A stretch of 64,000 nt of DNA from Eledone cirrhosa (GCA_964016885.1 OZ024742.1:145142001-145206000), one strand, 5' to 3'; counted from the stretch's first letter, positions 11,791 through 38,160 are shown. Made by a program: numbers and translations. The notes: generated by a model not told the origin, from the letters alone.

Positions 11791-12470
<680 letters not shown>

Positions 12471-12694
12471 TTTCGTTTCTGAATTTGTTTAGCAAGATTC
12501 TTTATCTGAAATCGTGTGTTGAAACCGATATTGTTATACTTTGGGAGGGTCATGTTGCCAATAAGAAACACACGCACCAGTTGCTTTCACTTCAATTTAA
12601 TTTATTAAATATTTATAAGTTTACAAATTTATAAATTTATAAATTTCTGGTTGGTTGGTTGGTTCCACAACCAGATAGTTGTTTATATATATAT

Positions 12695-12739
12695 AGTCAT
12701 AGTTCTTTCGTCACACACTCTGTGACCTCTTCAGTGACT
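12695..12739 (-). ncRNA. Minimal hammerhead ribozyme motif
   Basis: Minus strand reads AGUCA-CUGAAGA-G-GUCACA-GAGUG-UGUGAC-GAAA-GAAC-UA-UGACU. The core is intact. It lies ~290 nt downstream of the GIY-YIG stop on the same strand. Confidence 0.8.
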
Positions 12740-13029
12740 GGGGATTTCTTTCTTCGTTTCTGTGCCTTTCCTTTCTTCTATCCTACGCCATTTTGTTTGT
12801 GTGTGGGTTGCGTGCTCAGTTTGCGCATGCGCCACATCCGGGTGTCTGTGTGTGTGTTTGTGTTCATTTTTCTATTTTTCTATTTATATTTTTCTATTTG
12901 TTTGTTTATTTATTTATTTATTGTTGGTTGGTTGTTTGTTCTATGTGTGTGTGTGTTTTCATTTTGTCTTGTGTGTGTTTTCAATTGTAAGTTGTTTGTT
13001 CTATGTGTGTGTGTGTTTTCATTTTGTCC

Positions 13030-13580
13030 TTAATTGTAAGTTGTGATGTTGCTGTTCCACTCATATTTTCTATTTAATTTTGGTTTTAATTCTTTTATGC
13101 TTACTGCCTCTGTAATTTGCCTAAACATTGCGTCTTTCTTGTGTGTGGATTCTATTTTTATTTCTATGCTCTCTAATTTACCCCTGTGTTCTATCTTAGC
13201 ATGTTGGTAGAGCACAGATGATTCTTTACTATCTTGGAGGTCTCGCCAGTGTTCATTTATTCGTTCCCCTATACTACGAGCTGTCTCACCTATGTACACT
13301 ATATTTTTGTTTCTACATTGTCCTTCAGTATATCTTATGCTATATACTACATTTCTAGTTTTACAGTTGATATGGGGGCTTATTTTACAGGTTATACATT
13401 TCTTATCTATACATGAGGGTCTTTGGAACGGGTATGTCTTGCTAATAAGTGTTTTTACGGAGGTACCAGGTCTTTCTACTATCTTAATATTGAGATTATG
13501 TTTCTTTAGGGCCCTTCTAAATTTGTAGGCTAGTTCGCCTCTAGGGTTGTATTGATGAACATTACACTCTGGTATTTTAT
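13030..13580 (-). pseudogene. PLE linker + GIY-YIG endonuclease fragment (Neptune-like)
   Basis: Manual translation: KYQSVMFIN (frameshift) [121 protein letters not shown]. Confidence 0.85.
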
Positions 13581-13657
13581 TGCTATCATACCATGTTGCT
13601 GTTGTGATGTTGCTGTTCCACTTATGAGTGGAACAGCAACATCACAACTTACAATTA

Positions 13658-20433
<6,776 letters not shown>

Positions 20434-21575
20434 GTAATAATATAAAATTGAAGACTAAAATCCAGAGAGGACTCGATAAGGAAAATATATATCAATGTAT
20501 AAGAACCGAAGAGCAATATTTATTAAAATAACAGATTCAAAGTTTAAGCAAAGAATCGCTGCTTTCACCCTTAACGGGATCTTCTGAAACTAACAAAGTC
20601 AATCTGTAAACGCAGAACTGGATATTTCAAAAAACGTTGCAACCGGAGGAAGACAGAAAACGATACTTTGGTTCATGGTGACGTTCGCTGGCAAAGAACG
20701 GGAAAAAACGAATAATACGTCATTAATAGGAGCGGTGAAAAACAAAACGTGCAAGGACAGAACCACGTTTATGGTATAAAAGAGGTCGTAGACTAATGTT
20801 CTCTAAGTGGTGCATAGAGACGTTCTCTGGCAATGAACGAAAAAACGAAGATAATAAGTCATATGTGGAACGTGGAGAACAATAGCGTGCAAAGACAAAA
20901 CCACGTAAATGGTATAGCAGAAGTTGTAGACTAAAATTCTAACTAGGAGACCGAATGAATCTCCGCTACAGAGTTAAGAACAAAGTAAATAAATACAATA
21001 CAGAAGTAATAGAAATAAATAAATACATACACGCAAACAGATACGTACATACACAAGCATACGCAAAACCTTACCATAGGTATACAAAACCACGCACTTA
21101 TAAATATGTGTATGTGTGTATGCTTGTGTACAAATAAATAAATAATTATATAAACGTATATAAGTAAATAAATGCGTATATAACAAGCGCACACACATAC
21201 CTACAAATAAATACAAGAAGGTTCGGAGACGTAAGTCAACAAAAACAAGAAGTACACATATACACACACCCACCATACGTACGAACCTGCATACTCACGC
21301 AGACGCAAAACTCCCAAATACACATAACCAAGCCCTAAATACCAGAATATGTAAAAATTATACGCTATCTCAAAATTATTTTGAAAAGCATTTAGAAATG
21401 CGCAACCGGTAAAAACTTAAAAACTTAAAACCACAACTGAATACTAACCCATACAATCACTAATACTCTTTTATTCCTAATTAAACCATTTTTCAACTGT
21501 GAACAATTTGTCAGCATTTTCTATTCCGTTTACCAATATATAATAACTTGTGTGTTACACCTCTATTCTTTTAAC
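20434..21575 (-). mobile_element. Non-coding insert in the microsatellite with a degenerate HHR motif; probable PLE 3' fragment or solo pseudo-LTR
   Basis: Flanked by (TA)n. HHR-like motif at 20541-20591. Internal diverged ~140-bp direct repeat at ~20686-20945. Confidence 0.5.
20541..20591 (-). ncRNA. Hammerhead-like motif, variant core (CAGAAGA)
   Basis: Minus strand reads AGUUU-CAGAAGA-U-CCC-GUUAA-GGG-U-GAAA-GCAG-CGAUUCU-UUGC-UU-AAACU. All three stems can form. U4A change. Confidence 0.55.
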
Positions 21576-24136
<2,561 letters not shown>

Positions 24137-24560
24137 TTGTGTCAGGCAAAAGTACCACAGACGCTCTTTTCATTGTACGACAACTACAGGAGAAGTACCT
24201 AGCTAAAAGTAAACCCCTATACTTAGCTTTTGTCGACTTGGAGAAAGCCTTCGACAGAGTCCCCCGTTCCATTATCTGGTGGTCTCTTAGAAAACTAGGT
24301 GTTGACGAATGGCTTGTGAGAGCTATACAAGCCATGTATAAAGAAACAGTCAGTAAGGTTAGAATTAACAACGAATATAGTGAAGAGTTTAGCGTAAAAG
24401 TTGGTGTCCATCAGGGCTCTGTACTTAGCCCCCTACTATTTATTATTGCCCTTCAGGCTATAACAGAGGAGTTCAAGACCGGCTGCCCATGGAACTCCTA
24501 TACGCAGATGATCTAACGCTCATAGCTGAATCAATGACCGAACTAGAGAAGAAATTCCAA
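24137..24560 (+). mobile_element. RTE-clade LINE RT fragment, cut off by the assembly gap
   Basis: [44 protein letters not shown]. Same start point and near-identical sequence to 26285-26709. Confidence 0.9.
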
Positions 24561-24761
24561 ANNNNNNNNNNNNNNNNNNNNNNNNNNNNNNNNNNNNNNN
24601 NNNNNNNNNNNNNNNNNNNNNNNNNNNNNNNNNNNNNNNNNNNNNNNNNNNNNNNNNNNNNNNNNNNNNNNNNNNNNNNNNNNNNNNNNNNNNNNNNNNN
24701 NNNNNNNNNNNNNNNNNNNNNNNNNNNNNNNNNNNNNNNNNNNNNNNNNNNNNNNNNNNNN
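24561..24761. other. Assembly gap (N run)
   Basis: Run of n characters. Confidence 1.
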
Positions 24762-26284
<1,523 letters not shown>

Positions 26285-28104
26285 TTGTGTCAGGCAAAAG
26301 TACCACAGACGCTCTTTTCATTGTACGACAACTACAGGAGAAGTACCTAGCTAAAAGTAAACCCCTATACTTAGCTTTTGTCGACTTGGAGAAAGCCTTC
26401 GACAGAGTCCCCCGTTCCATTATCTGGTGGTCTCTTAGAAAACTAGGTGTTGACGAATGGCTTGTGAGAGCTATACAAGCCATGTATAAAGAAACAGTCA
26501 GTAAGGTTAGAATTAACAACGAATATAGTGAAGAGTTTAGCGTAAAAGTTGGTGTCCATCAGGGCTCTGTACTTAGCCCCCTACTATTTATTATTGCCCT
26601 TCAGGCTATAACAGAGGAGTTCAAGACCGGCTGCCCATGGGAACTCCTATACGCAGATGATCTAACGCTCATAGCTGAATCAATGACCGAACTAGAGAAG
26701 AAATTCCAAACTTGGAAGCACGGCCTAGAATCAAAAGGCCTTAAAATTAACCTGGCTAAGACTAAAGTTCTAGTTTGTAGGAAAGAAAATAAGGCGGCGG
26801 TCCCATCGGGGAAATGGCCATGCTCAGTGTGTAGGAAAGGCGTAGGTAGAAACTCCATTTTATGTCCCAAATGCAAAGTATGGGTGTATAAAAGATGTAG
26901 TGGATCACAGGTAAGCTAACTAAGAACATAGATTTTACATGTGGCCGGTGCTCTGGTGCAATAAGTAGCAGCAAGTGCCCACAAAATACTAGCTCCTTCA
27001 ACTGCGCAGAGGGTTCTATAGAAATAGTGGACAGCTTCCGTTATCTGGGTGACAAAATCAGCAGTGGGGGAGGGTGCTCTGAAAGTACAGTAGCTAGAGT
27101 CAGAACTGGATGGAAAAAGTTCAGAGAGCTTATACCACTATTAGCCGCTAGAGGGTTCTCCCTAAAAATGAAAGGCAGGTTATACGATGCCTGCATACGA
27201 ACAGCAATGCTGCATGGCAGTGAGACCTGGGCATTGTGTGCAGAGGATATACGCAGACTAGAGAGGAACGAAGCTTGCATGCTCCGCTGGATGTGCAATA
27301 GTAATATACGTAAACGGCAAAGCATAAACGAACTAAGAAAAAAATTAGAAATAAGAGGGATCAGATGTTGTTTACTCGAGAGAAGGCTACGTTGGTACGG
27401 TCACGTGATGCGCATGAAAGACGACAGCTGTATAACAAAGTGCAGGGCAATAAAGATAGACGGTAGCCACGGAGTAGGCAGACCCAGAAAAACATGGAAC
27501 GAGCTGATAAATTCCGTCCTCACACGCTTACACCTCTCCAAGACAATGTCACTGGACCGAGACCTTTGGCGGTACTCAGTAATAGAGAAGACCCGCCTTA
27601 CCTAAATACAAAGTAAAAACCTACTACAGTCAGTAGGCACCTCTATCAAAACACACCCCCGTCCCACCACCTCCACACCGCCCCTTTCAATGTAAAGTTA
27701 TGTTGGTCCCACAACATCCAGGCCGAAACAAATGAGATCGTGTAGGTGTCACGACAAAAAACACACAGTCCACGCTGTAAATGTGGCCGTGTAGGCAACA
27801 CGGTAAAAACCTCCCAGCCCCACACTGTAAATGTGGTTGGTGTTAGGAAGGGCATCCAGCTGTAGAAAACCCGCCAGACAGTCCACGCTGTAATGTGGCC
27901 GTGTAGGCAACACGGTAAAAACCTCCCAGCCCCACACTGTAAATGTGGTTGGTGTTAGGAAGGGCATCCAACTGTAGAAAACCCGCCAGACAGTCCTATG
28001 CGAGCAAGACAACCACTCTTGCCTCAAGTGGGAAAACCCCCGTCCAAACCCATGCAAGCGTGGAACACGGACGCTAAACCTGATGATGATGATGATGATG
28101 ATGA

Positions 28105-28105
<1 letters not shown>
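26285..28105 (+). mobile_element. 5'-truncated RTE-clade LINE (RT C-half, PHD-like Cys finger, 3' UTR, (GAT)n tail)
   Basis: RT motifs [56 protein letters not shown]. Frameshift at ~26903, stop at 27605, tail tgatgatgat at 28081-28105. (TA)n on both sides. Confidence 0.93.
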
Positions 28106-30365
<2,260 letters not shown>

Positions 30366-31729
30366 AGAGTGTGCATGTGTAAATAGAATCTCGATGCCTG
30401 AATATGACGCGATGGAAGAGACTTTAATCAACTGAGATTAACCTCACAATTTCAAGACCAAAGCACCCTTTAGGGGTGTCAGATAATGAGAAGAAAGCAA
30501 GGGAGAGAACTGATGTTCTTGCCTTACATTTTGTTGAGAGAGACAGAGAGACACTATATAATTGCTTTTCACATTTCTTTTTTTCTATTATTTTATCCTG
30601 TGATGTTATTTTCCTATAAGTAAACCTAATTAAAAATATATATTTGCTTATTTGTAGAATAATTTTCTATACCATTAATGTTAAAACAACTATTTCTCTC
30701 CAAAAATTCACTTCACTTTACTACATCTTTAAGTAGGACAGAAGCAGGAGAAAAAAAAAAAAGGTACTGCTATGCAAGAAATCTTCCAGGTTTGTTGCTC
30801 TGCCACTGAATCTGTTGCAGATGCAGTATCAAAGCAAACTATATATTTATATATATATATACATAAAAAAAAAATGAAACTGTAGGTTAGATAAAATATG
30901 GTTGTGATATTTGTGGAACTTCAAAGAAGGTCTTCTACAATTTAAGGGATTTTCTCAAAAGCTTATAGCTTTATTTTAGTAGAGTTCTATAGAATTTCTT
31001 TGACTCAATAATAAAATACTAGAAAACTTCATTAGTTTATTTTTCTATTGCTTTATGCAGAAGAAAAATTTAAGAAAATCCTTCCTTATCATTGTACTTT
31101 AGAAATCGTCACATAAAACAGCCCACTCACAATAATTATTCTTTTCTCTATTCCTGCATTCCTTCTATGGTCTAATCTTTGAGTGAGGTAACTCCTTCAA
31201 TGACAGTTCCTTTTTCTCCATTGTCTATGATTCCCCCACCCTTTATCAATATTTACGGAAATTATATTCCTTGAATAACTGCAGCCTACCGGCATTTCAC
31301 AGGTTTAGGCAAGGATTGTGGAATTGTTCTGTAAAGTTAACAATCCCTGACTCAACTTATTGATGACTCCTTTTATGTGTTTTCTGAAAGAGCATTAGCA
31401 GTGGCAGCAGCAGTAGTAGTTTTAGTTGCAGCGGCAGCATATCAGCTGCATGAAGGGAGGGGGCAGTAGAAGTAGCAGTGTCATCAAGCTTCTGTGACTG
31501 GAGCCAGCAGCCCAGCAAGTCATGGTCTCTTTACACACTTTACTGCTATCCCCTCCACACATACAGCTTGCACTCAGTAATGTTCGGTTTGGTTGGGAAT
31601 TCCATGCATGCTGCTAGACTACGGAGAATCTAAAGGTCTGCAAGTCGACGCTCTGTTGATAGATTGGGGGGGGAAACAAAAACTAAAATCTATATAAATG
31701 ACTCACTTTATTTATTATCACCAATATGG

Positions 31730-31756
31730 ATGGAAATAGTGATTCCATTTAATAAG
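31730..31756 (+). other. End of a candidate host exon (possible ATG, MEIVIPFNK) with consensus donor AAG|GTAAGT
   Basis: Perfect donor at 31757. Preceded by a non-repetitive, more GC-rich, CAG-rich stretch from ~31380. No homology recognised. Confidence 0.35.
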
Positions 31757-32251
31757 GTAAGTTCATGCAATGTTTACTAACAAACTCTAATCTATTAGCA
31801 CTGTTATTGTTGATGTTTTTGTTGTTGTTGTTGTCAAGGAAAGAGATTTGTCCAAATATTTTTATGGGATTTTGATTCTTGATTATCATTTATTGTTAGT
31901 TTTAGTAATCTTTTCCATTAATTGAACCTTTAGCATTAAAATAATTAATAAAATATAACCTCACTTCACTCATATGAATCTCGTCTGTTGATTACTGGCC
32001 TGGTTCATATATAACACTACGGCTCTATTCTATTATCTAAAATGGTTATAAACAATTTATCAATATTCTTGAATAATTTATGTGTTTATGTTTGTGTAGC
32101 ATATAATTCTAGATCCTTTAGCACTAAAATAATATATGGATCCAGCGTATATGATAATTTCCAAAGGGAAAGATATGGGTATAAATAACAATTACATTAG
32201 AGTATATGATTGGAACCATCACTATTTCTTTTATTTTTTTTATTTCTTCAG

Positions 32252-32294
32252 GCATATTTGTTATTAGAAACCCATTCTGCAATTTCTGACGGAT
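32252..32294 (+). other. Candidate 43-nt host exon
   Basis: Long polypyrimidine tract + CAG acceptor at 32251, donor GAT|GTAAGC. Open in phase 0 (AYLLLETHSAISDG). Confidence 0.4.
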
Positions 32295-33436
32295 GTAAGC
32301 AATTTTTTTTTTCTTTTATTTATACTGAAAAACCTGATGCATAAAGTTTGTACTCCAATAGCTGTTTGTTCATTCTCCTTTAATATTAGTATAATTAGTA
32401 TTCATTTAATTACATTTCTTGATTACAATTCTAATATAGGAATATAGGAAGGATAATCGTAAATAGTATTTTCATGCAGAAATATAAATTTGCAAAAATA
32501 ATTAAAAATGCCAGAAAGAAAAATAAAAAAAAAAAATGTATATATATATATATATCAACAGAATATCTAACTCTATTGCTACATGTGGTTTTCCATTAAT
32601 GGAATGCCGCTATGATTTTTCTGTTGGAACACGTGCCGTTTACTACTACTGTCCAGCCAGGTGTTTATAATATTTAGCCCAGCATATGAGAGAAAAACAT
32701 GCAATATACAGATTAAAGTTATCTGTTTTGTTTTGTCTGAAAATATTCATTGAATTAGTCAGTCTTCTTTTATCTTTCTACTTTCATTTTTATTTGTTTT
32801 TTTTTTCCCTCTTGTTTTTATAAAATCCTGACTCATAGTTCTGTTGTATATTCCTCCTCCTCCTCCTCCTCCATCACCACCACCACTGCTACCATTCTTC
32901 AATGAATTCTCTGACAGAGTATCCATACAGATAACATAGTAGCTGGATCCATGCTTCTTAATATATTCATAGAACAATTTATTATCAGATTTTGATATAT
33001 AAGAGAATAATTAGCAAAGTTCAACTAATAATAGGAAATATTGCTACAATGATATTTTTGAATTTTTATAGTATATATATATATATATATGTTGCATGGC
33101 AGTAATAAATGTGGGGTGGGTAGTAAAGCTAATCATTAATGTAATGTAAGAAATCTTTATTTCTAGCCTTGACTAATTAGTTAATGGGAATCTTTACAAA
33201 GAATAAAAGAAAATGACACTAACAGTGATGGTGATGATAAATTCTCTGTATTCATCATCATTATCCTCATAAGCTTAATATCCATTTAGTAATGTTGGCA
33301 TAAATAAGTTCTGAAAACAGGATTTACTGAACTATTTCTTCATAAGTACTTTATCTATTATTTTATACAAATGTACTGAAAAAAAATTCAAGTCTAACCC
33401 ATTTTCAGCATATTATTAAATATACACCCTTTTGAT

Positions 33437-33555
33437 TTGAGTTCAAATCCCGCTGAGGTTAACTTTGCCTTTCATTCTTATGGGGGTGGATAAAATAAAG
33501 TACCAGTAATCCACTGGTGTAATTGCTGGCCTTGTGCCAAAAAATAGAAACAATT
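33437..33555 (+). mobile_element. SINE fragment (family with core gagttcaaat..ctttgcctttcat..gataaaataagtaccag)
   Basis: B-box-like gagttcaaatcc. The same core recurs at ~34365, ~39625, ~52795, ~58630 and ~59710. Confidence 0.7.
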
Positions 33556-33914
33556 ATTAAATATACACAGTAAACCTTGCTAGAGTCACTCCCTGGGGTA
33601 TAGCAAAAGAGGAGTGTACAAGGGAAGCAGTTGCCTCTGGGCGTGGGTGTGAAGAGATGCAACATTTCCTCTGTCCTTTAGACCCTCATAAATGAAAATG
33701 ATGAATATTGATCTGTATCACTAAGATTTTCCACCCAAACACACTTGGTATACTCACCACTTAGCCTTTTATCACAGACCTTATACTGAATACTTATCCA
33801 TCCATTCTTTTTTTTAAATATTTCTCTAAAATTTTCTTTCTGACCATGTCTTTCCTCTTATTACAAATTTGCAAGAATTAAAATTAAATGGAATAAACCT
33901 CCATTGTTTTCAAT

Positions 33915-34125
33915 TATGACTGTTCCAGTTGTTCAGTCAACAAAGCAGCTTACTTATGAAATGAGTATTTTATAAACCTATGTATCCTAAATGTAGTTCT
34001 ATCCATCTGACAGTCTTCCAAGCAGTTTCCATCTATCTAATGTCATTCAGAAGGCATGGGTCAACCCAAAGCTATGATAAATGGCATTTGCTCAAGATGC
34101 CATACAGTGGGATCGAACCAAGGAC
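33915..34125. mobile_element. Degenerate SINE pieces
   Basis: tgactgttccagttg..caac..agcag matches 61888ff and the reverse complement of 46985-47015. cagtttccatcta..gggatcgaacc matches the reverse complement of 46740-46840. Confidence 0.5.
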
Positions 34126-34364
34126 CTAATATTTAGCTAACTAGTCCTATCATTAAAATACACCCCTCAACAATTTCCACTTTGAACAGACAGGGATTGT
34201 TTTTCATCAGTGCCAAAAGTTACTTTAAGCTTAATATTTGGTAACCCTTATAAATAAAAACAAAATTTGTTAAGTAACACTTTTGTTTACTATGCATAGA
34301 AAAAGTCCATTTATTGACAAACCTTCCCTAATTGAAATCCCTTGATTTTTATTATTTCTACAAG

Positions 34365-34560
34365 GGCAGTGGATTGGCAATATTGGTAGAGTGTCAGAAA
34401 AAATACTTTGCAGCATTTAATCATGGCCCTCTATGTTCCGAGCTCAGATCCTACGGAAATCAACTTTGCCTTTCGTCATTCTGAGATCGATAAAATAAAG
34501 TACTAATTACATACTGGGGTTGATATCAACTTTCCCCTTTCTCCAAATTACTGGCCTTTA
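34365..34560 (+). mobile_element. tRNA-related SINE copy
   Basis: ggcagtggattggcaatattggtagagtgtc head followed by the shared core actttgcctttc..gataaaataaagtact..ctggcctt. Confidence 0.7.
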
Positions 34561-36112
34561 TGTAATTTATGTAATTTTTTAACTCTTTGGAATCTACCTC
34601 AACACAGCTGTAACATCTTATGGCAGTTAACTATTTACTTCTTCCAATGTGTTTTGTATTGAAGTCTATGACCATTTAAGGCTATGGTTGTCTTCATTAT
34701 GGAACTCCCTGTTTAATTATTCTAATTACTAAGTCTTAACCATGCAAATGGTCAAATATTTTTGTAAAGTAAATATCTCCTAACTCCTAAGGGGCTCTTC
34801 AGAGAAGGTACTTAGTTCTGGTTTTATTTTATTAAGTAAAGAAGCAATACTCTCCTCCCCATTAGGTAAGGCATTAGTCTATCATCAGGGGTAATATTCC
34901 TCACACAATCTGATGTCTATTCCTGCCAGATAGGTGAACTGAGGCAATGTAGAAATATAACAAATGCCTATAGCAGATATAAACTAATGATCCATGAGGT
35001 AGTCCAGTACTGCATACTTTTGGTTCCTTTACTTCTAGTAACAAATTTAAAACTGTCTTCTGAATATTAAGCCTGTAGAAAAGACAAACATATTTTACTC
35101 TGTTTAACAACAAACAGATATTTTAAATGTTTACATTAGGACTCTATAATTTTTATCTGATATTCTTATTCTAATGTTGACATACAAATGCCTAATTGAT
35201 CTGTCTCAGGAAAAAGGCATATGTAAATTCTTGTCGGAGACTTGGAATTTTCTCCTAATGTCTTCCAGTTTCATATTGGTAATGAATGCTATCAATTAGA
35301 ATAATGTCATAGATATTTTAGAGGTGTGTAATGTCATTTCAACAACAAGGAATTATGTACAAAAATATATATTTCCATTGAGATAGTCTACATGCATGAA
35401 AATGTATTTATGCAAAATATGCATTATCAAGAAAGTTGTAAAGAAAAAAAGTTAGGTAGAGGACACAAAACTGCAGTTAAGCTATCTATCATTTTTTTTA
35501 TATTTAAAAGGCAAAACTATGATGAGTTATAGCTATAATTATGGTGAACGAAAATAAAACCATGGAAAAAAAAACACATTTTTGACCCAGAAAAAAAGGT
35601 TCAAACAAGAATTTAAGTGTTTTCAGCATTTTTTTTTTCATATCTTTATAGATAAATTTACACTGTTTTAAATAAATTTACCTTTTCCATAGTATTTACA
35701 AAAACTGTCTTTGGTTCTATGATATAAAACTGTTTGTTTTAAATTATTTATCTAAAGATTTTCCATAATATTTTTCATAATATTATGTAAAAGTCTCTTT
35801 TAAGTTATGCTTCAAACACCAGCTTAATAATGATAACATTAGTTATGTTGCTAAATCTCTCTAAACACTTGAATATTTTCAAAAATAATTTGAAACCACA
35901 AAGAGTGTATTTTATGAGAAATATAATGATGAAAGGGTTTAATGTAACTTTTTCTCCTCTGGTTTTTCTGGATACATAATTATTAGTGTGGTGGGGATTA
36001 ATAAAAAAGACAAAATTTCTTCCTTCATTTTCAATGTGTATCAATATCAAATGAATGGCTTTTCTATTGTAGAACCTTCAATGAATTTACATTGAATAGG
36101 CACTGTTTAAAA

Positions 36113-36177
36113 GTATATATATATATATTTATTTATATATATATATTTATTTATATATATATATTTATATATATATT

Positions 36178-36208
<31 letters not shown>

Positions 36209-36318
36209 TTATATATAATATATATATATTTATATATTTATATATATATATTTATATTTATATATTTATATATATATATTTATATATATTTATATTTATA
36301 TATTTATATATATATATT

Positions 36319-36349
<31 letters not shown>

Positions 36350-36410
36350 ATTTATATATATATATATTTATATATATATATATTTATATATATATATATT
36401 TATATATATT

Positions 36411-36441
<31 letters not shown>

Positions 36442-36580
36442 ATTTATATATATATATATTTATATATATATATATTTATATATATATATATATATTTATA
36501 TATATTTATATTTATATATATATATATTTATATATATATATATTTATATATATTTATATATATATATATTTATATATATA
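36113..36580. repeat. (TA)n/(TATT)n microsatellite
   Basis: Direct reading. T-interrupted variant, unlike the G-interrupted tracts further left. Confidence 0.95.
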
Positions 36581-36990
36581 TAATTCAATATAAAGAGATA
36601 TAAACACAGATATATACATATATGTGTTCAAATCATAAGGGACCAGATTTGAACACACATATATATATATATATCTGTGTTTATCTCTCTTTATTATATT
36701 GAATTATATTACACGGGGCGGAAACATTTTTTCCATTGAGCTATTTTAATTGTAAGGGACTACTTTGAGTTTCTAACTCAATATATACTTTTGTTATATA
36801 TATATATATATGAATTTTTATTAGCTGTAAACACTTCATTACAATCTCTAAAAACATTTTTTTGTTTTCTACTTGAAAATGTAAATTGGTTATGTTGCAC
36901 ATTTGATTTGATTTGATTTGAAACAAACATGCCTACTTTAGTTTTCAGTAGTTTGATATTCCTTTGCCCAAATGATTAGATCCATTACTA

Positions 36991-38160
36991 CGAGGGGGGA
37001 TCAAAAAGTTCGCGGAATTTTTCAGAAAATATTCTATTTTTCAAAAAATATGATTTACCTTCAATTTATTTTTCTACATAGTTGCCATCCAGGTCAATAC
37101 ACTTCACAAGGCGATGCTTCCAGCTTCGTAAGCCGTCTCTAAACAAAGTTGAAGGCCTTGTTCGAAGCCATGTGTTGGCAGTGTTTTTAGCTTCTTCAAC
37201 ACCACTAAAACGGGTTCCTTTTAGCATTTCTTTGAGTTTTGGAAAGAGGAAAAAGTCTGATGGGGCTAAATCTGGACTATAAGGTGGGTGAGGAAGCACT
37301 TCCCATCGAAATTCTCGAAGAACTTCTTTTGCAGCCCGCGCAGAATGCGCTGGTGTATTGTCATGGTCAAACAAGATCCCACCATGAAGTTTACCTTTTC
37401 ATTTCTTGACTAATGCCTCTTTCAGTTTCCTTAAAACATTTGCATAGTAAGCTCCTGTCACAGTTCTTTGACCTTCAAGATAATCTATTAGTATCACCCA
37501 ATCTGAATCCCAGAAAATGGTGGCCATCACTTTTTTATCCGACTTTTGAGATTTGAACTTGATTGGCGCCGATAATCCACGTGGAAGCCACTGTTTTGAC
37601 TGGTTTGGATTCAAGATCATACTGGTAGATCCAGGTTTCATCTCCGGTGATGATTCTGGTCAGGAAATGCTCTTCATCAACTTCAATTTTGTTTAATATC
37701 GCCAAAGACAGATCACTTCGAAGAATCAGCTGATCAGGGTGCAACGCTTTTGGGACCCATCGCACTGAAAGCTTGCTTAGTCCCAAATTATCATGCAGAA
37801 TTGAATTTGCCGAACCATATGAAATGTCTAGGGCCTTAGCTAACTGATTAACCCGTTATTCTTCGATCTTCTTCAATTAAAGTCTGAGCAGCCTCAACGT
37901 TTGGTCATTTTTTTGATGTTCCTAGTCTTCCACTGGTCGTCTTCAAGGTCGTCTCTCCCTTGTTTGAATCGCTGAATCCACTTGTAGACAGCAGTTTTCT
38001 TTGGAGCAGTAGTACCGTAAACTTTAACTAAAGTTTCCATAATCTGTGTCCCTTTCCATTTGAGTTTCACCAGAAACTTGATATTCGATCTTATCTCAAA
38101 ATAACTATTTTCCATTGTTCCAAAAAGAGGTTTTTTTAAAGTGTGTCAGAACTGTACAAT
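36991..38160 (-). mobile_element. Mariner (DD34D) transposon relic with a frameshifted transposase at 37066-38115
   Basis: Four ORF pieces: EIRSNIKFL..VYKWIQRFKQG, RWVPKAL, IITGDETW, KVMATIFWD, HDNTPAH-x-HPPYSPDLAPSDF (34 residues between the Ds). TA + TIR-like cgagggggga tcaaaaagtt at 36989-37010. The opposite TIR was not found. Confidence 0.92.

Larger units (their letters stand above)
12471..13657 (-). mobile_element. 5'-truncated Penelope-like element (Neptune-like): GIY-YIG end, 3' UTR and HHR, with terminal fold-back
   Basis: Coding remnant at 13030-13580, HHR at 12695-12739, hairpin at 13601-13648, (TA)n on both sides. Confidence 0.8.
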
